Positions 8,546 through 17,297 of a stretch of 34,300 nt of DNA are shown here, piece after piece (positions within the stretch are counted from its first letter, which is position 1; every line of letters starts with the position of its first letter). The notes under the pieces are model-generated. The model did not search any database and was not told the origin of the DNA. It was given only the letters and a program-made list of their open reading frames with translations. Made by a program: the position numbers and the translations under genes. Where the stretch lies: positions 1-34,300 of the forward strand of contig JAJRYP010000065.1 of the NCBI GenBank assembly GCA_024275695.1. The letters are read 5' to 3'. This stretch comes from Patescibacteria group bacterium. Lineage in GTDB: Bacteria > Patescibacteriota > Gracilibacteria > UBA1369 > PNNO01.

Positions 8546-11500
8546 TTAATCATATTTTGAATTTTCGATCTCAGATTATCATTAACATTTATACCAAACG
8601 GCACTTTAATTCTTTTTAGGGAGCCGTTTGTTCGTATATGAATTTCACATTGGGTCTTACCTTTATTTTCTAAAAGAAGATGTTTGATCTTTTCCAGAAT
8701 AGAATGCCCGCAGTTGGAAGGTAGGTTAATAATAAACGGATCATTGTCGTTTCCGGAAGAATCAATCATTTCGTTTGCTGCTTTTTTTTCGGGTTCTTGT
8801 TCGGAAAAATCCGGAGAAACATGCACAATTATTTCATTAGGGTCATACATGCCGTTTTTTTTGGCATTTTCTATCATAGTTTCAAGCGAAACCGCTTTTG
8901 CTTCTTCGCAAATAAGTTGAACCTGGCCTCGTCTATCATCAAGTTTACCTGTCATGATAACCGTTTCATCCTCACCAAACAGATGTCCGAATTGTTGATA
9001 ACTTTTTGGAAAGACGATAACATTCAATTTTCCGGTTGGATCTTCAACAACAAAAGAAGCCATATATGCTCCGCTTTTTGTGAAAATTTTTCTATATTGC
9101 GTGATGAGACCGCCGATCGTAACTTTTTTCCCGAGATTTTTTCGAGTTAAATTCTTTATTAGATGAGCTTTTTTAGCTATATATTTTGTTAAACCCTGTA
9201 AAGGATGACTTGACACATATAACCCCAAATATTCTTTTTCCCATTTTAGTTTTTCCATATTTGTGGCGGGCGTAACATTCTTTAATTGAAAAGACGTTTG
9301 TGATTCTTCTTCTTCCTCATTATCGAGCATTCCGAAAATATCGGTTTGTCCTTCGGCTTTGGTTTTATGATGATATTTTGCATACATGCATATTTCTTCC
9401 GTGCTGTCCGCAATTTGTTTGCGTTCGCCAAATTCATCCAGTGCTCCGCTGTAGGCCAAAGCTTCAATAGTTTTTTTATTGAGAACTTTTTGGGGAACAC
9501 GATCTATAAAATCTTCAAGATTTTTAAAAGGTACATCTTTTCTGGCCTCGATTATTTCTTGAGAAGGCGCATCTCCAATGCCTTTAATTGCGGCTAAACC
9601 AAAACGAATTTTATTGTCATCGACATATGTGAAGTTTCTAAAAGATTCGTTTATGGAGGGTGGAAGAACTTTTATGCCCATTTGTTCGCATTCAATTATT
9701 TCAAGGACGATTTTATCTGTATTGCCATAATCGCAACTCATTAATGCCGCCATAAATTCAGTCGGATAATTTGCTTTTAAATAAGCGGTTTTATAAGAGA
9801 TCATCGCATATGAAGTCGCGTGAGCTTTATTAAATCCGTAACCTGCGAACGGTTCGATAACTTTTTCAAAAACTTCATTTGCGAAGCTTTCTTTGTGACC
9901 TTGTTTTATTGCACCTTCCGCAAATTTTTTCTGTTGTTCTTGTAAAAGTTTTGGAATCTTTTTACCTACAGCCTTTCTTAAAATATCGGCTTCACCAAGT
10001 GAAAATCCTGCAAAATCTCTTGCGATTTGAAGAATTTGTTCCTGATAAATGGCGACACCGTTTGTTTCTTTAAGAATTTCTTCAAACGAAGGATGGAGAT
10101 ATTTGATTTTTTTCGGATTGTGGGCGCCTTTAATATAACTTGGAATCCATTCCATCGGTCCGGGTCTGTACAGCGATATCATAGCAATAATATCTTCCAA
10201 TTTATTTGGCTTTAATTGTTTCAAATATCTTTTCATACCGGCGGATTCCAACTGAAACACTCCGGAAGTATCTCCCGCCTTAAATAAATCATATGCCTTT
10301 TTGTCATCTAAAGGGATTTTTGAAAGATCTATATAAGCGCCTTTAGTTCGTTTGATGATTTTAATGGCTGTTTCAAGAAGAGTAAGATTTTTAAGACCGA
10401 GAAAATCCATTTTAAGAAGACCGATGTCTTCAATCGGTTTCATTGAATACTGAGTGATTATCGCGTCGTTATCGGCGGGGGAACGTTGAAGCGGAGTGTT
10501 TTCTATTAAAGGTTTTTCGGAAATTACTACCGCACACGCGTGAGTTCCGGCATGACGAACCGTCCCATCAAGTTTGGCTGCGGTATCAAGCAGTTTTTTT
10601 GCTTCATGATCGCTTTCATACACAGCATTTAAATCGGGATCATTTTGTATGGAATCTTTTAAAGGGGCATGTTTCCCCAAAATAGTCGGTGGTACAAGTT
10701 TCGCTATTCTATCAACTTCAGCATATGGGAAACCAAGTCCGCGACCGGTATCGCGTACAACGGCCTTTGCAGTCATTGTTCCAAAAGTAATAATTTGAGC
10801 TACATTTTGACGACCATACTTTTCGACAACGTAATCAAGAACTTCGTAACGACGACTGTCAGCGAAATCTATATCAATATCGGGCATTGATACCCGAGCC
10901 GGATTTAAAAATCGCTCAAACAGTAATCCGTATTTAAGAGGATCGATTTCAGTTATATTTAAGCTGTAAGCGATAATGGCACCGGCTGCGGATCCGCGCC
11001 CCGGCCCTACCAAAATTCCATTATCTTTCGCATATTTAACAAAATCGTGAACTATAAGAAAATATGTATTAAAGCCCATGTCGTTTACCATCTTAAGTTC
11101 ATATTCCAGTCTTTCCATAGCCTTGGGCAGTTCTTTCTCGGAATACTTTTCTTTTAAACCTTCTTCGCAAAGTTGTCGCAAATATTCTCTTGGGGATTCA
11201 TTTTGAGGAGTTTTGAATGTTGGAAGCAGATTTTGCCCGAATTTTAGTTCCAGATTACATTGGTCGGCAATTTGGAGTGTGTTTGAGATAGCTTCGGGTG
11301 TATCTTTAAAAACATCTTTCATTTCTTCGGGAGAACGAAGACTGTAGTTACCTTCGTATCTCATTCTATCAGTATCTTGAACGGTTTTTCCTGTTTGAAT
11401 GCAAAGCAGGACATCGTGGACTTCTTTATCTTCCATTGAAACATAATGCGCGTCGTTTGTAGCAATTAAAGGAGCATTGCATGTTTTGGAGAGTTCTTTT

Positions 11501-12069
11501 AGCGCACGATTTACAATCATCTGATTTTCTATTTCAGGATGATCTTGCATTTCCAAATAAAAATTTTCCCGGCCAAATATATTTTGATACTCTTTTATGG
11601 CCTTTACCGCCTCTTCTTGATTTTGTTGAATAATTAATCTTGGAATATGGCCCGCCAAGCATGCGGTACTGGCAATCAAACCTTTATTATGTGCCTTAAG
11701 AAGGCCCAAATCGATTCTCGGTTTATAATAGAACCCTTCCAAATGACCTTTACTTACTAATTCCAGAAGATTTTTATATCCCCGGTTATCTTTTGCTAAA
11801 AGAATCAAATGATACGGCTTATTTTCGGGACCCGGAGTTTTATCAAAACGAGATTTGGGTGCAACGTACACCTCGCAACCTATAATTGGCTTAATATTTT
11901 CTTTTAAAGCCGCTTTGTAAAATTCTATAGCGCCATAAAGCACCCCGTGATCAGTCAAAGCAACAGCGGGTGATCCATGTCGTTTTGCTGTTTTTACTAT
12001 ATCTTTAGGCTTTCCAAGTCCGTCTAAAAGACTGTAATGACTATGGACGTGCGTATGTACAAATGACAT
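8542..12069 (-). CDS. dnaE: DNA polymerase III alpha subunit
   Basis: 1175 aa. N-terminal PHP motif (FVHTHVHSHYSLLDG), conserved PDIDIDF and GLLKMDFLGL polymerase-core motifs, and a C-terminal OB-fold region. Confidence 0.95.
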   Translation of the reverse strand: MSFVHTHVHSHYSLLDGLGKPKDIVKTAKRHGSPAVALTDHGVLYGAIEFYKAALKENIKPIIGCEVYVAPKSRFDKTPGPENKPYHLILLAKDNRGYKNLLELVSKGHLEGFYYKPRIDLGLLKAHNKGLIASTACLAGHIPRLIIQQNQEEAVKAIKEYQNIFGRENFYLEMQDHPEIENQMIVNRALKELSKTCNAPLIATNDAHYVSMEDKEVHDVLLCIQTGKTVQDTDRMRYEGNYSLRSPEEMKDVFKDTPEAISNTLQIADQCNLELKFGQNLLPTFKTPQNESPREYLRQLCEEGLKEKYSEKELPKAMERLEYELKMVNDMGFNTYFLIVHDFVKYAKDNGILVGPGRGSAAGAIIAYSLNITEIDPLKYGLLFERFLNPARVSMPDIDIDFADSRRYEVLDYVVEKYGRQNVAQIITFGTMTAKAVVRDTGRGLGFPYAEVDRIAKLVPPTILGKHAPLKDSIQNDPDLNAVYESDHEAKKLLDTAAKLDGTVRHAGTHACAVVISEKPLIENTPLQRSPADNDAIITQYSMKPIEDIGLLKMDFLGLKNLTLLETAIKIIKRTKGAYIDLSKIPLDDKKAYDLFKAGDTSGVFQLESAGMKRYLKQLKPNKLEDIIAMISLYRPGPMEWIPSYIKGAHNPKKIKYLHPSFEEILKETNGVAIYQEQILQIARDFAGFSLGEADILRKAVGKKIPKLLQEQQKKFAEGAIKQGHKESFANEVFEKVIEPFAGYGFNKAHATSYAMISYKTAYLKANYPTEFMAALMSCDYGNTDKIVLEIIECEQMGIKVLPPSINESFRNFTYVDDNKIRFGLAAIKGIGDAPSQEIIEARKDVPFKNLEDFIDRVPQKVLNKKTIEALAYSGALDEFGERKQIADSTEEICMYAKYHHKTKAEGQTDIFGMLDNEEEEESQTSFQLKNVTPATNMEKLKWEKEYLGLYVSSHPLQGLTKYIAKKAHLIKNLTRKNLGKKVTIGGLITQYRKIFTKSGAYMASFVVEDPTGKLNVIVFPKSYQQFGHLFGEDETVIMTGKLDDRRGQVQLICEEAKAVSLETMIENAKKNGMYDPNEIIVHVSPDFSEQEPEKKAANEMIDSSGNDNDPFIINLPSNCGHSILEKIKHLLLENKGKTQCEIHIRTNGSLKRIKVPFGINVNDNLRSKIQNMIN

Positions 12070-12239
12070 TCAACAAAAAAGTTAGGCTTTTAAAGTTCTG
12101 TTGGGCAAATTTGATAATAGCTGCTCTTGGTTTTTTTTACAATTTTAAAAATTTCTAAAATTATTATAAAAACTTCTTAGCAAATATCATTTGAACTAAT
12201 ATTATTTTATTATATTTAATTATTCTCTAAAATAATAAA

Positions 12240-12644
12240 ATGCCATTAGAATGGACAAAAGAATATAGCGTTAATGTTCAAGAAATAGATGAACAGCATA
12301 AAGAATTTATAGATTTGATAAATCGCTTAAGCAAAGGAATAAAAGAAATGGCATCCAAAAACGATCTTGGAAATATTTTGAATAAGCTGGATCATTACGC
12401 TAAAACTCATTTTGCTACGGAAGAGAAATATTTTAAGAAGTTTGATTATCCCGATAAAGACAAACATATAGTTCAACATAGGAGATTTTCAGACAAGATC
12501 AAAGACTATAAAAGCAGATATAAAGGTGATAAAGTTGCAATTTCCTTTGAAGTTATTGATTTTCTCGAAGATTGGCTTGTTGATCATTTGTTAAACGAAG
12601 ACCAAAAATATTCCGGCTTTTTTAATGAACACGGCTTGTTTTAA
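12240..12644 (+). CDS. Hemerythrin-like (bacteriohemerythrin) metal-binding protein
   Basis: 134 aa. W..eysV....iDeQHkefi N-terminus plus His/Glu/Asp ligand spacing (HFATEE, HIVQH, DHLLNED). Confidence 0.85.
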   Translation: MPLEWTKEYSVNVQEIDEQHKEFIDLINRLSKGIKEMASKNDLGNILNKLDHYAKTHFATEEKYFKKFDYPDKDKHIVQHRRFSDKIKDYKSRYKGDKVAISFEVIDFLEDWLVDHLLNEDQKYSGFFNEHGLF

Positions 12645-12726
12645 AAACGCTTATCCAACTTTTAAATATTCACCTCGCCTTTCATTGCTCGGTTGTATAT
12701 TTAAGGAACTCAATCAATTTCAACTG

Positions 12727-12811
12727 TGGTGCCGGGGAGAGGACTCGAACCTCCACGGGTTGCCCCACTAGTTCCTAAGACTAGCGTGTCTACCAATTCC
12801 ACCACCCCGGC
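12727..12811 (-). tRNA. tRNA-Leu (anticodon UAG), class II with long variable arm, CCA encoded
   Basis: The reverse complement is GCCGGGGTGGTGGAATTGGTAGACACGCTAGTCTTAGGAACTAGTGGGGCAACCCGTGGAGGTTCGAGTCCTCTCCCCGGCACCA. The acceptor arm is GCCGGGG/CCCCGGC, the anticodon stem is CTAGT/ACTAG and the loop is CTTAGGA. Confidence 0.9.
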
Positions 12812-12827
12812 GTGTCAAAGTACATAG

Positions 12828-12856
12828 AAATTAACAAAATAGATGTCTTGAGTCAA
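12828..12856 (-). promoter_or_regulatory. Candidate promoter for tRNA-Leu
   Basis: On the minus strand: TTGACT (12856-12851), a 17-nt spacer, then TAATTT (12833-12828), about 16 nt upstream of the mature tRNA 5' end. Confidence 0.4.
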
Positions 12857-13086
12857 TATCATCTAAGAATAGCTTTAAAAGGCTTGCAAATAGCAAAAAA
12901 CTTAAATGTTGGAAATGTAGCGAAAAAACATTTGACAAATATGAAAATGTGAATTACCATTTGTGACCTCTCGAGGCAATTAGTTCTTTTAAAATAATTT
13001 TGCAACATAATCAATTTTCTTGCTTGACATATTATTTTATAACTAATATCGTAAAAACACTTAAAAACTCTTATCCTTAAATAACT

Positions 13087-14181
13087 ATGAATACAACTGC
13101 ATCTAAACAAGGATCACGTAGCGTATCGATACGCAATGTGAACTTGTCTGAAATACTTGAGGATATGTTTATGGTCCTCAGCGATAAAGAGAAAGATGTG
13201 ATAGTTAAGCGTTTTAGTTTAAACAATAAGCCAAAGATGACTTTAGAGAAAATCGGACAAGAATTTTCCGTTACCCGAGAGAGGATAAGACAGATAGAGA
13301 AGATTGCGCTTGGAAAGCTTAAAAGAACGGTAGAGAATACACAATTAAACGAAATAAGCATTCTTGCAAACGAACTTATGCAAAATAAAGGAGGAGTTAG
13401 TACGGAAGAATCCTTAATTGGCGGAATTCTAAATCTTATTGGAAGCACGGAGAAGTTAGACGCTTATATTATTCGTCTGGCTTTAAACATTACTCCCGAA
13501 TTGGAAAAAACAGATAAAAGTAATTTATATTACCCGTTTTGGCGTTTTAATACTCTTCCGGAAAAAGATGTACGAGTAATGATTGATGCCGGAATTTCCA
13601 TTCTCAACAAGAAAGGTGATGTCCTTGACGAACAAACTCTTGCAAAACAACTGGTTGCCGCGGTTGCCTTGAAAGGAATCGAAGCATCTAAAGAAACTGT
13701 TATTTCCGCTCTTGAAGTTGATCGTCGAGTTAAAAGAATGAAAGATGGAAGCTTTGGCCTTATGAGTTGGAGACATATTAATCCGCGAAGTATTAGAGAT
13801 AAGGCGTTTATTGTTCTTAAACAATCAAACGCACCTTTACATTTTATTGAAATTGCAAATAAGATTACCGAATCCGGCTTTGATAAAAAAGTTGTTACTA
13901 CGCAAGCTGTTCACAATGAACTTATCCGATATGATCAGTTCGTATTAGTTGGAAGAGGTCTTTATGCCCTTAAAGAATGGGGTTATAAAAAAGGAACTGT
14001 TGCCGATGTTATTAAGGAACTTCTTGCAAAGAAAAGTCCTTTAAGCAAACAGGAGATTATTCAGGGCGTTCTAAAACAGCGCCAGGTTAAGAAAGGAACA
14101 ATTTCTCTTAATCTTCAGAAAAATCCACACTTTGTTCGTGTCGGTCGCGCAATGTACGCGCTGGATATGAGCAAAAAATAA
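13087..14181 (+). CDS. Sigma-70 region 4-only protein with C-terminal HARE-HTH-like winged-helix domains (paralog 1)
   Basis: 364 aa. The N-terminus LSDKEKDVIVKRFSL...MTLEKIGQEFSVTRERIRQIEKIALGKLKR is a textbook sigma region 4.2 HTH, and no region 2 or 3 is present. The C-terminus (PLHFIEIANKI...VHNELIRYDQFVLVGRGLYALKEWGY, then a second similar unit) resembles the RNAP delta/HARE-HTH fold. TTGACA boxes lie upstream at ~12931 and ~13025. Confidence 0.7.
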   Translation: MNTTASKQGSRSVSIRNVNLSEILEDMFMVLSDKEKDVIVKRFSLNNKPKMTLEKIGQEFSVTRERIRQIEKIALGKLKRTVENTQLNEISILANELMQNKGGVSTEESLIGGILNLIGSTEKLDAYIIRLALNITPELEKTDKSNLYYPFWRFNTLPEKDVRVMIDAGISILNKKGDVLDEQTLAKQLVAAVALKGIEASKETVISALEVDRRVKRMKDGSFGLMSWRHINPRSIRDKAFIVLKQSNAPLHFIEIANKITESGFDKKVVTTQAVHNELIRYDQFVLVGRGLYALKEWGYKKGTVADVIKELLAKKSPLSKQEIIQGVLKQRQVKKGTISLNLQKNPHFVRVGRAMYALDMSKK

Positions 14182-14193
14182 TTTAATCACGCC

Positions 14194-14514
14194 ATGTCTA
14201 TGGATGATTGCCTTTTTTGTAAAATCATCAATAAAGAAGTAGATAGTGAAATTGTTCATGAAGATGAAATATGTGTGGCTTTCAATGATATCAATCCTAA
14301 AGCGCGTGTACATTTATTAATAGTTCCCAGGAAACATATCGCAAAAATTTCAAATATTGAGGAAGGGGATGAAAAGATCATGGGGCATTTAATAAAAATT
14401 GCCAAAGATCTTGCTGAAAGATTTGAATGCAAAGGGTATCAACTCCTTTTCAATGTAGGACGTGAAGCGGGACAAATCATTTTTCATGTTCACCTTCATT
14501 TGATGGGGAATTAA
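14194..14514 (+). CDS. HIT-family (histidine triad) nucleotide hydrolase
   Basis: 106 aa. CLFCKII N-terminus and the histidine triad HVHLHLMG. Confidence 0.9.
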   Translation: MSMDDCLFCKIINKEVDSEIVHEDEICVAFNDINPKARVHLLIVPRKHIAKISNIEEGDEKIMGHLIKIAKDLAERFECKGYQLLFNVGREAGQIIFHVHLHLMGN

Positions 14515-14521
14515 ATCGAGA

Positions 14522-14794
14522 CTAAAACTTATAAATATCTTTTCTGTGTTTTATAGTAAGAATTAATAGGATTTTAATATTCCCTTTTTTATCTAAATCA
14601 AATATAGTTCTGTATTCACCAATTCTAAATCTATATGTCCCAAACTTTGGTTCTTTCAATTTTTTTGCATGAGACAATGGATTTTTTTGTCTTTGATAAA
14701 ATTTTAGTTTATCTAAGATTTTCTTAGCAGTTCTTTTTGATAACGCCGCTAAATCTTTGTAAGCCTTTTTTGTATAAACAAGTTTGTATTCCAT
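14522..14794 (-). CDS. RelE/ParE-family type II toxin
   Basis: 90 aa. The pattern YRFRIGEYRTIFDLD...ILLILTIKHRKDIY is typical of RelE/StbE. The ATG directly abuts the stop of the upstream antitoxin ORF (TAAATG). Confidence 0.8.
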   Translation of the reverse strand: MEYKLVYTKKAYKDLAALSKRTAKKILDKLKFYQRQKNPLSHAKKLKEPKFGTYRFRIGEYRTIFDLDKKGNIKILLILTIKHRKDIYKF

Positions 14795-15043
14795 TTACAG
14801 TCCTAATTTTCTGTATACTTCATTTTCACTATATACTTCTCCTTTTTTGATTTGTTCCCTGGCTTCTTCAATATCTAACGCAAGATTTTCCAAAATCGCC
14901 TCGTCTTCATCAATGGGGTTGACCTCCAGTATAGGCATTGAATGATACATTACTATATATCTGATTTTTTTGTTTCTTGCCTCTTTCCAGATATTAGTGA
15001 TATTTTGACGAAATTTTTTTATTCCAATAATTTTTGTAGTCAT
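14795..15043 (-). CDS. Phd/YefM-like type II antitoxin
   Basis: 82 aa, located upstream of and abutting the toxin. The N-terminal pattern (GIKKFRQNITNIWKEA...IVMYHSMPILEV) matches the Phd/YefM fold. Confidence 0.65.
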   Translation of the reverse strand: MTTKIIGIKKFRQNITNIWKEARNKKIRYIVMYHSMPILEVNPIDEDEAILENLALDIEEAREQIKKGEVYSENEVYRKLGL

Positions 15044-15097
15044 AGTGAAAATTTAGTGCTACTTAGAGTGTACATTTTTGATTGTAAGATGTCAAAA

Positions 15098-15122
15098 GGA
15101 AAAAATAGCCTCCCATGGGGGC
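15098..15122 (-). terminator. Candidate intrinsic terminator downstream of nadC
   Basis: On the minus strand, the GC-rich hairpin GCCCCCATGGGAGGC (one C.A mismatch) is followed by TATTTTTTCC. It is the only GC-rich patch in this AT-rich spacer. Confidence 0.4.
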
Positions 15123-15199
15123 GGAATTGACTTAATGTTCCAAAATTATTTTGCCCCTTCATTATATGACACGCTCATGTACACTCACGCTTCATAATT

Positions 15200-16183
15200 T
15201 TAAAGTCCGCCAATTTCCAATGATAAATCTATTGATTGGATTTTTTGTGTTAAAGCACCTATGGATAAAATATCTACACCCGTCTTTGCGTAATCTTCGA
15301 TATTTTGTTCGTTGATTCCGCCCGAAGCTTCATACAAACAAATATCATATAGAGATTCTTGCCGAAGTGCGTTTAAAGTCTTTTCGATTTCTTTCGGATT
15401 CATATTATCGAGCATCATAACAACTTCCTTAGGTATAATTTTTTTATTTTGATATTGTGTGATGAGCTTTACCGCTTCAAGTGCGCTCTTTATATCTTCA
15501 ATTTCAATTTCAAAAAATTTATAAGGATGTTTTGGAGGTTTAAAAGAGGTGAAAAGTTTTTTTAAATCGTATTTATAATAGGCAAGATGATTATCTTTAA
15601 TAAGAATTGAGTCCGCGAGATTTAACCTGTGTGTAGCACCGCCTGCGATAGTCACGGCTTTTTTATCGATAAGCCCCCATGTAGTTTTTCGTGTTGGAGC
15701 AACGCATATATTCGATTTTATTTTTTTTGCCTTATCAATAATTTTTTTAGATTCCGTAGCAATACCACACATATGTTGAAGAAGATTCAAAATGCTTCGC
15801 TCAGCCTTTAAAATATCTTTAATGTCGCCTTCTAATTCCATAAGCATATCGTCTTTTTTAAATTCTCTTCCATCTTCAAGACGTTGTGTTAGGTGAATTT
15901 GATTAAGTCGAGGCTTAAAAGCAGGATCGCTTTCCGAAACAAAATAATTGATCTCTTCTCCTCCGGCCATTATCCCGTCCTGATTGGCATATATTCTTGC
16001 CGGGACTTTTTGAGAATTATGAATAAGGCAGTCGCTTGTTATGTCTCCGTGTTCATTTAGATCTTTTTCAAGTTCCAGAAATGTATATCTAAAAACCCAT
16101 TGTTTATAAATAAGATTATTTACTGTTAAAAGATCTTTTTGATTAAATAGTTTTTCTGTTAGTTGAGTGCGATCTTTAATCAT
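15200..16183 (-). CDS. nadC: Nicotinate-nucleotide (quinolinate) pyrophosphorylase
   Basis: Motifs RKTTWGLIDKKAVTIAGGATHRLNLADSILIKDNH. The track ORF begins at a TTG at 16201, and I favour the ATG at 16183 (MIKDRTQ...). The start is uncertain. Confidence 0.85.
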   Translation of the reverse strand: MIKDRTQLTEKLFNQKDLLTVNNLIYKQWVFRYTFLELEKDLNEHGDITSDCLIHNSQKVPARIYANQDGIMAGGEEINYFVSESDPAFKPRLNQIHLTQRLEDGREFKKDDMLMELEGDIKDILKAERSILNLLQHMCGIATESKKIIDKAKKIKSNICVAPTRKTTWGLIDKKAVTIAGGATHRLNLADSILIKDNHLAYYKYDLKKLFTSFKPPKHPYKFFEIEIEDIKSALEAVKLITQYQNKKIIPKEVVMMLDNMNPKEIEKTLNALRQESLYDICLYEASGGINEQNIEDYAKTGVDILSIGALTQKIQSIDLSLEIGGL

Positions 16184-16220
16184 GCTAATATTGGTTCCCA
16201 AGCTACATTATTTTTATATC

Positions 16221-17297
16221 ATGCTTTCTGAAAAGTATAAAGTTCTATCGGATCCGGAATGTATGCCTTTAATTGAACAGGCTAAGAAAAAACTCGGAGA
16301 CAAGATTTTTATACTCGGCCATCATTATCAGCGTGATGAGGTTATTCAGTTTGTAGATGCGGTAGGGGATTCGTTGATGCTTTCACAAACTGCCGCGAAA
16401 ACCAAGAGTAAATACATTATTTTTTGCGGAGTGACTTTTATGGCTGAAACAGCCGATATTATAACCGGCGACGATAAGATTGTTCTGCATCCGGATCTTT
16501 CCGCAGGATGCCCCATGGCTGACATGGCTCCGGCAAGTCAGATTCGCAGAGCGTGGAAAGAACTTGAAAAAGTTATTGGAGATACATCAAATGTAGTCCC
16601 TGTTACATATATAAATAGTTACGCGGAAACGAAAGCCTTTTGCGGAGAGCGAGGCGGCGTTGTTTGTACATCATCCAACGCTGATAAAATATTGAAATGG
16701 GCTCTTTCCCAAAATAAAAAAGTTTTCTTTTTCCCGGATCAACATCTTGGAAGAAATACGGCACATAGACTCTCAATTACAAATGATCAAATGGTTTTAT
16801 GGGAACGCGAAAAAGAAAACGGAGGATTAAGTGAAGATAAAATCAAATCGGCTAAAATATATTTATGGAACGGATGTTGTCCGGTTCACGAACGATTTAA
16901 ATATGACGACTTGAAAACGATTAGAAAACGCGATCCTGAAATAAAAATACTTGTTCATCCCGAAGTCCCGGAAGAACTTGCTAATTATGCAGATTACATG
17001 GGGTCAACTCAGTATATTGTTAATAAAATCGAACAAGCGCCAAAGGGGTCTAAATGGGCAATTGGAACAGAAATTCATCTGGTATCGCGGCTTGCAAAAA
17101 ATCATCCGGATAAAAAAATAATTTTGCTTGGAACACCAATTTGTATGTGCTCGATGATGGATAGAATTTCTCCCCAGTACTTGTTGTGGACATTGGAGAG
17201 TCTTGTAAATGACAAAGTCATAAATGTTGTGAAAGTTCCGGAGAATATAACACAAAACGCAATCAAAGCTTTAGATAGAATGTTTGAATTAACCTAG
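16221..17297 (+). CDS. nadA: Quinolinate synthase
   Basis: ILGHHYQRDEVIQFVDAVGDSL and GCPMADM motifs with conserved Cys positions. The track ORF starts at 16167, which overlaps nadC, so the ATG at 16221 (MLSEKYKV...) is more plausible. Confidence 0.88.
   Translation: MLSEKYKVLSDPECMPLIEQAKKKLGDKIFILGHHYQRDEVIQFVDAVGDSLMLSQTAAKTKSKYIIFCGVTFMAETADIITGDDKIVLHPDLSAGCPMADMAPASQIRRAWKELEKVIGDTSNVVPVTYINSYAETKAFCGERGGVVCTSSNADKILKWALSQNKKVFFFPDQHLGRNTAHRLSITNDQMVLWEREKENGGLSEDKIKSAKIYLWNGCCPVHERFKYDDLKTIRKRDPEIKILVHPEVPEELANYADYMGSTQYIVNKIEQAPKGSKWAIGTEIHLVSRLAKNHPDKKIILLGTPICMCSMMDRISPQYLLWTLESLVNDKVINVVKVPENITQNAIKALDRMFELT

Noticed and set aside
8684-10890. Several 60-117-aa plus-strand ORFs (8684, 8797, 9346, 9879, 10027, 10669) and the minus-strand ORF 9282..9500.
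   Set aside because: All are nested inside dnaE, either antisense or off-frame. They have F/I/L/S/K-rich AT-biased composition and no motifs. The same reasoning applies to the nested ORFs inside valS, glyQS, rlmN, nadC/nadA, both ATPase genes, the sigma-like genes and dsbA.
12859-13448. Minus-strand ORFs 12859..13110 and 13077..13448.
   Set aside because: They run antisense to the promoter region and 5' part of the sigma-r4/HARE-HTH gene. They show no motifs, and the plus-strand gene has clear homology to its paralog.
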